From contig CAZEJO010000002.1 of NCBI GenBank assembly GCA_964512285.1, positions 32,392 to 96,391 of the forward strand: a stretch of DNA of 64,000 nucleotides, given 5' to 3'. Origin of the DNA: an uncultured Dehalococcoidia bacterium. Its GTDB lineage: Bacteria; Chloroflexota; Dehalococcoidia; SM23-28-2. Below are positions 56,719-64,000 of this stretch, in pieces; within the stretch, counting starts at the first letter, position 1; each line of letters opens with the position of its first letter. The notes beneath the pieces were generated by a model. That model ran no database searches and was not told where the DNA came from. It saw only the letters and a program-made list of their open reading frames with translations. A program made the translations under genes and the position numbers.

Positions 56719-58725
56719 CTAAGCTGGCACCTCGACAGTTACCGTTGTGCCTTTGTCCAATTCCGACTCTAGTGTCAGCTTGCCACCGACAAGGCGAACT
56801 CGCTCTTCCATCCCGGCCAGGCCAAGCTTGCCAACGTTGGTCAGGTCTGCCGTGTTTCGAGGAGCCTTGAAGCCCTTGCCATTGTCTCTGACGCTGAGGG
56901 TGGTCTTGCCGTGATCGAATTCCAGCGTAACCCAAGCCCGCGAGGCCTCGGAGTGTTTCCAAACGTTCCTTAGCGCTTCCTGAGCGACGCGGAAAAGGAC
57001 CAGCTCCACCTCGGGGGAGAAGCGGCGCTCCGCGCCCATCACCGCCATGCCGATAGTTATGTCGAAATGCTTTTCCAGGTCAGAGATGAGCCACTCTAGG
57101 GCAGGCAACAGGCCCAGATCATCTAGTACGGACGGACGCAGGTCCTGGCTGAAGCGACGCACACCTTCCAGTATCTTGTCGACCCGTGCCTGTATCTCCT
57201 CCAGAAGCTTGAGGTCTTGCTTTGACAGTTTCCTCGGTACGGAAGTCAAACCGTCCAGCTGACGGGACAGGGCCACCAGTTCTTGAGCTGTCTCGTCATG
57301 AAGCTCACGGGCGATGCGCTTGCGCTCTTCTTCTTGGGCTTTGGTGACCTGGTGAAGGAAAAAGCGCAGGTTCGCCTGCATCCGCTTTTCCTCGGTGATA
57401 TCGCGGGCGATAAGCTGATAGGCTCTGGACTGACCATCGCCAGTAATCAGGCTTGCGCTCAGACTGAGACTGGCCTGCGAGCCGTCCTTTCTTCTGATTT
57501 CGCCTTCATAACGCCTGTTTACCATCCCGCCTATGAGCAGCTTGCGCCGAACCTCCCTTGTCCGCTGAAGAGCCTCCCCGGAGAGAAAATCCTCGACGTT
57601 CATGCCAACGAGTTCTTCTCGCGAATAGCCGGTCAGCTTGACACAGGCCTCATTGGCCATGATGATCTCGCCATCTAGATTCTGAACCCAGATGGCATCC
57701 TCGGCGCTTTCAAACAGGTCGCGATAGTTCTTCTCCGATATTCGCAGCTGTTCGGCCATCAACCGCTCTTCCTGATAGAGGCGGGCATTCTCCACGGCGA
57801 TGGCGACAACGTTTCCGCCAGCACAAAGGAGATCTATCTCCTCAGCAGGAAAGCGTCTGGGATGACGTGCGGCCACGCAGAGAGTGCCCAACACCCTCCC
57901 TTTGGACTTGAGAGGGACGATAAGCTGAGCTTGAATCCCCTCCTGACTCACTGCCGCCCTCGTCAGTCTAGGGTCTTGAGAGGCATCTTCTACCACTAGT
58001 GGCTCGCCGGTCTGAGCCACTAGTCCATTGAAACCCTCGCCCACCTTCATCCTCTTCACGCTGGCAGCGGATATCTCAGATATGCCTCGATAGGTTTCCA
58101 GGACAAGCTCATCGGTCGCCTCATCGATCAGGAATACCAAGATGGTCTCTAGGTTCGCCACTTCCATCACCTTGTCGGCGGCCAGATTCAGGATATCTGG
58201 CAGCTCCAGAGACTGGCTCACTATGCTAGAGATGGCATTGACGGCGGCGAGCTGCCTCTCACTCATCTGGATGACTTCTAGCTGCGCCTGAAGCTGCTGC
58301 TGGGCCGCTTGCAGTCTCGAAAGCACCTCTTCGCGGCGCCCTCTTTCGGCCCGGAGTCGCTCAAAGCCAACGTTGATCACGGCACCCGCAGCGATAACGC
58401 CACCCACCTCCACCAGGGCATCGGAGCGATAGTCGGAGATAGCGAGGGCCCTTGGCAGCATGATGGCGAGAGCCAATGCCGAGGCAGCTAGCCCCGCCCT
58501 CATCCCGAACAGGAAGCCGACGTAGGTGATGGGTAGCAGCATGAAGACGCGCTCGATTGCGTGCCGCTCCAGGCCCAGCACAGAACCCGGGTCCTCTATG
58601 TGCAGGAAGGGGAGCAACTCATCCGGGTAATGCATGGGGATAGCCACTAAGAACATGGCTACCGCAAGCAAGAGTTCGAAGCTGCGGATACCCTGTGCCA
58701 CCTGGTCTGTGGACTGCCGTCTCAT
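56719..58725 (-). CDS. Membrane-anchored GAF-PAS sensor histidine kinase (HisKA_3/NarX-type + HATPase_c).
   Basis: N-terminal TM helices nearly identical to the 50932 paralog, then GAF, PAS, H-box ARELHDETAQELVAL (HisKA_3) and HATPase (GKGF...GLAGMEERV...GGKLT). Confidence 0.8.
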   Translation of the reverse strand: MRRQSTDQVAQGIRSFELLLAVAMFLVAIPMHYPDELLPFLHIEDPGSVLGLERHAIERVFMLLPITYVGFLFGMRAGLAASALALAIMLPRALAISDYRSDALVEVGGVIAAGAVINVGFERLRAERGRREEVLSRLQAAQQQLQAQLEVIQMSERQLAAVNAISSIVSQSLELPDILNLAADKVMEVANLETILVFLIDEATDELVLETYRGISEISAASVKRMKVGEGFNGLVAQTGEPLVVEDASQDPRLTRAAVSQEGIQAQLIVPLKSKGRVLGTLCVAARHPRRFPAEEIDLLCAGGNVVAIAVENARLYQEERLMAEQLRISEKNYRDLFESAEDAIWVQNLDGEIIMANEACVKLTGYSREELVGMNVEDFLSGEALQRTREVRRKLLIGGMVNRRYEGEIRRKDGSQASLSLSASLITGDGQSRAYQLIARDITEEKRMQANLRFFLHQVTKAQEEERKRIARELHDETAQELVALSRQLDGLTSVPRKLSKQDLKLLEEIQARVDKILEGVRRFSQDLRPSVLDDLGLLPALEWLISDLEKHFDITIGMAVMGAERRFSPEVELVLFRVAQEALRNVWKHSEASRAWVTLEFDHGKTTLSVRDNGKGFKAPRNTADLTNVGKLGLAGMEERVRLVGGKLTLESELDKGTTVTVEVPA
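58235..58659. repeat. Second copy of the near-identical ~430-bp tract (see 51803..52227).
   Basis: Direct comparison of the two regions. Confidence 0.85.
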
Positions 58726-58749
58726 CTCGGCCTCTTCTGCGGATGGGGC

Positions 58750-58947
58750 CTAGGCGGAGGGTTCTTCAAGCTCGTCGTGCAAGTCGAGCCATCCCGTCTT
58801 GAGCCCATAGAGCACAGACTCGCCAATCGCATCCATGTCCCGTTCGCGCCGAATGAGTTCGCGGGTGCCTTCCCGCACCACAATACTATCCTCAGCAAGC
58901 AGAACGCTGATCTTCTCCATGGCGCCTTCCTCCAGCACCTCAGCCAC
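58750..58947 (-). pseudogene. In-frame internal-deletion remnant of a LuxR-type response regulator (N-terminal 43 aa joined to the C-terminal ~20 aa).
   Basis: [43 protein letters not shown] | SVLYGLKTGWLDLHDELEEP. Compare with the intact regulator at 49235: [43 protein letters not shown]...EAILYGLRRGWFRLEDTP. Confidence 0.55.
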
Positions 58948-59197
58948 TGACCATCATAACCCTCTCTAGAGATCGCTTCAATTGGCAGGACAGCGTAGGC
59001 AGAATCGCCTACATCCCTGCCAAAGAGACGTAGGTGACCCCGCTTCTCATAGGCATTTGCTCAGAAGAGAGACAGGTGCTTTCTCCGAGAGGAGATTAGG
59101 CCTTCGCTCGGATGGCAGGTGGTTGGCACAAGTATAGGCTGAAATTGGATCGAGGAGATTGGCCCGGAGAAGGTCCAGCAGACAGGAGGTTAGGAAG

Positions 59198-59713
59198 ATG
59201 GCAACGACGGCTTACTTGCTGATTAGAGCGTCGGAAGCTATCCGGAACAACGGGTATCTCAAGGCGCTCGAAGACTTATGGGCACTCCCTGAGGTCGAGT
59301 ACGTGGAGCCAGTATCGGGCCTGTATGACTGTGTGGCGAGGGTAGAGGCACCGATAAGGCTCATCTTTCTGGTCCACAAGATCATGGCGAAGAGCTGGAT
59401 CGAGCGTGTGCACGTCCTCAGGGTTGACCAGCCAGTCGCAACAGCCCTGGAGTCCGAGGAAGCTCGGACGGCGAGACTGATGCGGCAGCGCGAGATCATC
59501 AAGGCTTACCTTGCTGGCCTTCCGCGTCCGACCGGACCAGAGCCAGAGCTCCATGCTGGTCATGCTGGTCCTCCTGGCTGGGAGAAGGCCTGGATGACCA
59601 GACTGAAGCGGCAGCGCGAGATCATCAAGGCTCACTACCGGGAGCGCCGCGCGGCGTCGCAGGCTGACACTCCTCCAGCGGAGGAAGGGCAGGACATCGC
59701 CAAAGCCGCCTAA
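59198..59713 (+). CDS. Small protein: stand-alone AsnC/Lrp-type RAM domain + tandem ARLMRQREIIKAY / TRLKRQREIIKAHY repeats, with a -IAKAA C-terminus.
   Basis: MATTAYLLIRASE...LWALPEVEYVEPVSGLYDCVARVEAP is a RAM-domain signature. The C-terminal half duplicates the 52670 protein. RBS AGGAGG. Confidence 0.55.
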   Translation: MATTAYLLIRASEAIRNNGYLKALEDLWALPEVEYVEPVSGLYDCVARVEAPIRLIFLVHKIMAKSWIERVHVLRVDQPVATALESEEARTARLMRQREIIKAYLAGLPRPTGPEPELHAGHAGPPGWEKAWMTRLKRQREIIKAHYRERRAASQADTPPAEEGQDIAKAA

Positions 59714-59723
59714 AGCTCATTCG

Positions 59724-60290
59724 ATGGAGGCGATGGAGATGAGGGTAAGAAGCTTCGAAACAGCGCTCCGGACTAAAGTGGAGACGGAAGGAGGCGGCAG
59801 CATGACACCTGTTCATCCGCCACGGAGGATGAGAGCGGTGGGTTACGTGAGACAAGGCTTCGGGGAGATGGACAGGAAGCGGACCAGCCCCGAGGAGCAA
59901 AAAGCAAGGATAGCTGGCTGCGCCGATGCCCATGGCTGGCACCTCGTCCAGACCTATGAAGACATTGGCTGGTCAGGAGGCGACCTGAGCAGACCGGGCC
60001 TACCTGAGCTGCTCTCCAGGTCAGACTTCGAGATCCTGATAGTAGATAGGACGGATCGCCTGACGGGCAAGAAGAAGGACCTGGACTTCTTACTCGCCCT
60101 GCTCGAGAAGCGCGGCATCACTTGTGTGCCTGCCACCTGGTCGTGGGAGCCTCTGGCTCAGTACATGAGATGCTGGTACCGCCTGAAGGCCGATCCTGTA
60201 TATGCCTTGCTCGACTCATCGCCTGTAGTAACTGACTCGGCCCTGGCCAAAGACGATGCGTCTGCAGGTGCAGCGAAGGCCGCAGCCTAA
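59724..60290 (+). CDS. Serine-recombinase (resolvase/invertase) catalytic-domain-like protein, probably degenerate; no DNA-binding domain.
   Basis: RAVGYVRQ...TSPEEQKARIAGCADAHGWHLVQTYEDIGWSGGDLSRPGLPELL...FEILIVDRTDRLTG parallels the resolvase N-domain (YARVSTxxQ...cadahGw.lv..y.D.g.SG....RPgl..ll........d.liV...DRL.R). The catalytic Ser region is disrupted by an insertion. 188 aa. Confidence 0.35.
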   Translation: MEAMEMRVRSFETALRTKVETEGGGSMTPVHPPRRMRAVGYVRQGFGEMDRKRTSPEEQKARIAGCADAHGWHLVQTYEDIGWSGGDLSRPGLPELLSRSDFEILIVDRTDRLTGKKKDLDFLLALLEKRGITCVPATWSWEPLAQYMRCWYRLKADPVYALLDSSPVVTDSALAKDDASAGAAKAAA

Positions 60291-60356
60291 GGAGCCTAGC
60301 CCTTCACAGAAGATGCCGAGGACTCGGTGAATGGACTGTAGGGTGCAGAGGAGAAG

Positions 60357-62510
60357 GTGATGGCTTCCAGGGAGATTTTCTGGAACATTCAATTCGGCGA
60401 GATCGTCTATCTGCTTGCGTTCATAGTAGTAGCTATTGCCGCCTACGCAGTGTACCGACGTGTTCGGCTCTGGCGGCTCGGCAGCAAGGACGACAGGCTA
60501 AGCAACCTACCGAACAGGATATGGACGGTCTTCGTCAAGACGATGGCCGATGGCCTATGGCACAAACGCATTGTACGCGCTCGCTATGCAGGGATAATGC
60601 ACCTGCTCATCTTCGGCGGGTTTGCTCTCCTTCTGATCGGACCGCTCCTGGACTTCACCAGCGATCACTTCGTCCACTTCCTAAAAGGGAATGTCTACTT
60701 AGGGGTCTCTCTAATGCTAGACGTGGGCGGGCTGCTAGTCCTTGCCGGACTCGGCATGGCCGCCTACCGCAGGTATGTCATCAAGCCAGCGAAACTGGAT
60801 AACCTGCTAGACGATGCCCTTACCCTGACGCTGCTCGCCGTAATCATCATCACCGGTTACGCCGTGGAGGGGCTGCGAATCGCCACAACCGAACTGGACA
60901 CCCACTCTGACTGGGCAGTGTGGTCGCCTGTAGGATTCGTCTTCGCCAAAGCGTTCAGCGGCCTTGGAGAGGACGTGAACTTGAGCTTGCACAAGGGGCT
61001 GTGGTGGGGCCACATGCTGATATCCCTTGGGACCATCGGCTACGTCTTCCTCAGCTTCTCGAGACTGGCCCACATCTTTGTCGCCCCGCTGAACATGTTC
61101 CTACGGTCTACGGACGGCAAGGGCGTCCTCAAACCTATCGAGATTAGCGAGGAGACCGTTGAGACCCTTGGAGCAGCAAAGCTCCAAGACCTGACCTGGA
61201 AGGATCTGCTCGACCTCGACGCTTGTACGCGGTGTGGCCGGTGTCAGGAGGTCTGCCCCGCCTATCTCAGTGGCAAGCCGCTTTCGCCCAAGAAACTAAT
61301 GCAGAAGCTGAAGACTCACTTGGTCGAGCAGGGACCCGCCCTACTCCGAGGCAAGAGCAACGGACAGCCTGAAGCAGACGATGGTTGTCCCGCCCTAATT
61401 GGTGACGTGGTAACCGAAGATGAGTTATGGGCATGCACCACATGCGGTGCCTGCGAGGAGGCGTGCCCTGTCTTCCTAGATCCCATCGGCAAGATCATTG
61501 CCATGCGTCGGAACCTGGTGCTGGAACAAGGCAAGATCTCCGGCACTGTCATGGCGAGTCTCAGATCAACTCAAGACAGGGGCTGTCCCTGGAAGGGGGC
61601 ATCAGCCTCACGAACGGATTGGGCTTCCGGCTTGCCTGTGAAAACTCTTTCCGACAATGGTCATGTCAAGCTCCTATTCTGGGTAGGATGCACCGAAGCC
61701 GTCGTCGAGCAGACTATGAACATACCCATCGCCATGACAAAGATCCTGGATGCGGCAGGGGTAGACATCGGCTTCCTTGGCTATGAGGAATCGTGCTGCG
61801 GCCACTTCGCACGCCGTCTCGGTGACGAGTACCTGTTCCAGTGCCTAGCGAAGCAAAACATCGAGACTCTAAAGCGCTACAACGTGGAGAAGATCGTTAC
61901 CGCCTGCCCGCATTGCTACCACACCCTGAAGTATGAATACCCGCAGTTCGGGGGAAAGTTTGAGGTGGTTCACCACACGGAGCTGCTCCTTGAGCTGATC
62001 AATGAGGGCAAGCTGAAATTCAACAGGGAACTCAACAAGACGGTGGCCTATCAGGACCCCTGCTATCTCGGCCGATACCATAACATGTACGAGGCCCCGA
62101 GGAAGATCCTCGCAGCCATCCCGGGTATCAAAGTAGTGGAAATGTCCCGCTCTCGCTCTGAGAGCCTATGCTGCGGCGCCGGCGGAGGCCGCATGTGGAT
62201 CGAGGAAGAACCCGATCAGAGAGTGAACCGATTGCGCAGCCAAGATGCGATCGCAACAGGGGCGGACATAGTCGTTACAGCCTGCCCCTATTGCCTCCAG
62301 ATGCTCCAGGATGGAATAGGTGGACTGGAACTGGAGAAGCCTGTGGAGGTGCTCGACCTGGTGCAGTTGTTAGAGGACTTAGTGACGGTTCCGGTGGAGC
62401 CTGCGCCTGCCTTGGAAGTTGACGCCGCCACTGATGGCCAGCAGTCGAGTGCCGCTGGCAGCAGCCAAGGCGATCAAGAGAGCGTAGGGGTCGAAAGGTC
62501 GGGGAGTTGA
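60357..62510 (+). CDS. Membrane-bound heterodisulfide-reductase-like fusion: N-terminal NarI/HdrE/DsrM-type di-haem cytochrome b domain + C-terminal HdrD-like domain (2x[4Fe-4S] + two CCG domains).
   Basis: aa 1-250 has 5-6 TM helices with conserved His (IMHLLIFGGF, WWGHMLISLG, FSRLAHIFVAPLNMF). It also has CTRCGRCQEVCP and CTTCGACEEACP ferredoxin motifs. CCG domains VGCTEAV...CCGHFARR and DPCYLGRYH...CCGAGGG...CPYCLQMLQDG. 717 aa. Confidence 0.7.
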   Translation: MMASREIFWNIQFGEIVYLLAFIVVAIAAYAVYRRVRLWRLGSKDDRLSNLPNRIWTVFVKTMADGLWHKRIVRARYAGIMHLLIFGGFALLLIGPLLDFTSDHFVHFLKGNVYLGVSLMLDVGGLLVLAGLGMAAYRRYVIKPAKLDNLLDDALTLTLLAVIIITGYAVEGLRIATTELDTHSDWAVWSPVGFVFAKAFSGLGEDVNLSLHKGLWWGHMLISLGTIGYVFLSFSRLAHIFVAPLNMFLRSTDGKGVLKPIEISEETVETLGAAKLQDLTWKDLLDLDACTRCGRCQEVCPAYLSGKPLSPKKLMQKLKTHLVEQGPALLRGKSNGQPEADDGCPALIGDVVTEDELWACTTCGACEEACPVFLDPIGKIIAMRRNLVLEQGKISGTVMASLRSTQDRGCPWKGASASRTDWASGLPVKTLSDNGHVKLLFWVGCTEAVVEQTMNIPIAMTKILDAAGVDIGFLGYEESCCGHFARRLGDEYLFQCLAKQNIETLKRYNVEKIVTACPHCYHTLKYEYPQFGGKFEVVHHTELLLELINEGKLKFNRELNKTVAYQDPCYLGRYHNMYEAPRKILAAIPGIKVVEMSRSRSESLCCGAGGGRMWIEEEPDQRVNRLRSQDAIATGADIVVTACPYCLQMLQDGIGGLELEKPVEVLDLVQLLEDLVTVPVEPAPALEVDAATDGQQSSAAGSSQGDQESVGVERSGS

Positions 62511-63616
62511 CCATGACGAAGGAAGAGAGTTGGGTCTCAAGCAGATACTCGCCGGACGATGCTGAGGATTGCCTAGGGCTTCTGGCCAAGATCTGGGGCG
62601 ACAGCGAGCTCGCGTCCCCAGCCTATCATGACTGGCAGTGCCAGCGAAGCCCGGCGGGCGCAGGTATCGCCACCCTGGCGCGAGGAGTGGAAACGGGCCG
62701 ACTTGTTGGCCAGGCAGTAACGATACCTGTCAGTGTAAGGCTTTCCGGCAAGGCACGCACCGCTGGGCTTTCCTTGAACCCAGTGGTGGATCCCGGCTAC
62801 GAAAACGGTGACATCTTCGTCGGTCTAATGAGGGATGCCTGTGCCTTCTCAGCGGAGGCGGGTATCGCCTATTCCTATGGCTTCCCTGACCAACTATCCT
62901 ATTCGAAGTTTGTGAACAAGGCTGGGTTCAGGGATATCGGCTCGGTTCCCCTCCTCATCAGGCCGCTGAACCCAGAGCGCCTGGCTTCGAAGGCAACACA
63001 CAGCCTCGTTCTAGGAAAGACGGCCTCCGTTGCCAGGAAGATCTGGCGCACTCCTGCACCCGCTCCGCGACAAGAGGTTCCACCCGATCTGGAGATATCG
63101 GAGGTTGGCTCCTTCGACGACTCCTTTGCCGTCTTCTGGGACAGAATCCAGCACCGATTCCCCGTCATGGTGGTCAGGGATCCCGCCTACCTCAATTGGC
63201 GGTTCAGCGACGCGCCGACAAGACAGTACATGACCTTCGTCGGCAGATCGGACGGGAAGATCCGAGGATTTGCCGTCCTTCGCATTGCGCCGCTGGGCCC
63301 ATTCTCGGCAGGCCTGATCGTGGATCTGATGGTGGAGACCAGCGCAGAGGGCCGCCTGGTGGGCCGCCTCCTGATCGACCGAGCGTACTCGTATTCAAGA
63401 GACCACGATTTGGACCTCGTCGCCAGCCTGGCCCTGCGCCACACCGATGAATTTCGACTTCTCCGGTCAAAGGGCTTCTGGGTATGTCCAAAATTCCTGC
63501 AGCCTCAGCCCTACCGCCTCGTTGTTCGCTGCCACGATGAGGAGGCCAGCCCCAGCCGCCTGGCCTATGACCTACGGAACTGGTTCGTCACGATGGGGGA
63601 CTACGATGCAGTGTAG
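62507..63616 (+). CDS. GNAT-like acyltransferase family protein (FemAB/BioF2-like duplicated GNAT fold), function unknown.
   Basis: Two GNAT-like halves (GFRDIGSVPLLIRPL...; KIRGFAVLRIAPLGPFSAGLIVDLMV...). Start overlaps the preceding gene (ATGA). Confidence 0.4.
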   Translation: MTMTKEESWVSSRYSPDDAEDCLGLLAKIWGDSELASPAYHDWQCQRSPAGAGIATLARGVETGRLVGQAVTIPVSVRLSGKARTAGLSLNPVVDPGYENGDIFVGLMRDACAFSAEAGIAYSYGFPDQLSYSKFVNKAGFRDIGSVPLLIRPLNPERLASKATHSLVLGKTASVARKIWRTPAPAPRQEVPPDLEISEVGSFDDSFAVFWDRIQHRFPVMVVRDPAYLNWRFSDAPTRQYMTFVGRSDGKIRGFAVLRIAPLGPFSAGLIVDLMVETSAEGRLVGRLLIDRAYSYSRDHDLDLVASLALRHTDEFRLLRSKGFWVCPKFLQPQPYRLVVRCHDEEASPSRLAYDLRNWFVTMGDYDAV

Positions 63617-63716
63617 GCAGGGCAAATTAGGTTGTTCCCTCCTAGCTAGGAGGACGGTGGAGCAAGATCGAGAAAAGAGCAAATCGGCATTACCGAGGCG
63701 AAGAAGGGGGACAGCC

Positions 63717-64000
63717 ATGCAGGACATGGGAGATTATCAAGTACTGGCGCACGTAGAGACACCAGAGTTCAGCATGCTCCTCTTCAGTCTTGGGGAGAGA
63801 GACTATGTCGCTCCCCACTATCACGACCATAGCAAGCAGCTCTACGCCATCCTCGAGGGAGTGGTCGAGGTCACGCTAGACGATCGCACTTTTCGTCTCC
63901 GCCCCTATGGGACGACACACATCGAGAAGCAGACCGTCCACAACGTTCGGTCTGTGGACGGGCGAGCGCTCGTCGTCAGCATACACACTCCTCCGTTGAA
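63717..64000 (+). CDS. Cupin-domain protein, partial (3' end beyond the window).
   Basis: ...YVAPHYHDHSKQLYAILEGVVEVTLDDRTFRL...TTHIEKQTVHNV gives two-His cupin motifs. No stop before the window end. Confidence 0.5.
   Translation, partial: MQDMGDYQVLAHVETPEFSMLLFSLGERDYVAPHYHDHSKQLYAILEGVVEVTLDDRTFRLRPYGTTHIEKQTVHNVRSVDGRALVVSIHTPPL

Noticed and set aside
1-64000. CRISPR arrays, transposases/IS elements, integrases, toxin-antitoxin pairs.
   Set aside because: No regularly spaced short direct repeats, no DDE/tyrosine-recombinase motifs, and no small convergent TA-like pairs were seen. Only a degenerate resolvase-like ORF (59724..60290) was found.

Overview
This is a high-GC (~65%) bacterial chromosomal window from an anaerobe, possibly Chloroflexota-like, though lineage cannot be determined from sequence alone. 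Gene families were called by reading conserved motifs in the supplied translations.

Main blocks, in order:
(1) Partial LivJ-type substrate-binding lipoprotein gene and a LysE-like exporter.
(2) About 14 kb ABC-transporter-dependent glycan locus (1.7-15.7 kb): WecA-like initiating transferase, rmlABCD, several GT2/GT4 genes, wzm/wzt, a methyltransferase with a C-terminal coiled coil, and a 752-aa GT4-GT2 fusion with an N-terminal coiled coil. This looks like a WbdD/WbdA-style chain-terminator/polymerase pair.
(3) About 3.9 kb segment holding a methyltransferase-like gene and a large GT-C-fold membrane glycosyltransferase (candidate glycan transferase). It is bounded by tRNA-Arg(TCG) on one side and a degenerate copy of that tRNA's 3' half on the other, and contains two ~135-bp direct repeats that supply alternate-frame C-termini to the two genes.
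(4) mgtE, a lipoprotein gene and tRNA-His(GTG).
(5) Hydrogen-metabolism region (22.1-35.9 kb): a cysteine-free mini-HypA, hypF, hypC, hypD, hypE, a GAF histidine kinase with an OmpR-type regulator, four TGTWACC direct repeats, then an HdrD-like/HdrA/MvhD/[NiFe] small/large subunit/protease operon (putative electron-bifurcating group 3c hydrogenase).
(6) ArsR-CDF metal efflux pair, malic enzyme, htpX-lemA, a Thr/Pro-rich lipoprotein and a tandem universal stress protein.
(7) Group 3b sulfhydrogenase-like operon hydB-[cNMP-binding protein]-hydG-hydD-hydA-protease on the minus strand.
(8) A duplicated, partly decayed signalling locus (49.2-59.7 kb) flanking clpX and a tmRNA-like gene. It holds two paralogous membrane GAF-PAS sensors (one with and one without a kinase domain), two intact LuxR-type regulators plus two in-frame deletion remnants, a ~430-bp near-identical tract, and three paralogous small proteins (stand-alone RAM domain plus tandem 'ARLKRQREIIKA' repeats, ending -AKAA).
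(9) A degenerate serine-recombinase-like gene, a membrane HdrE/NarI-like cytochrome b fused to HdrD, a GNAT-like gene and a partial cupin gene.

No CRISPR array, transposase or integrase was found. Many listed ORFs antisense to strong coding genes are treated as high-GC artefacts.
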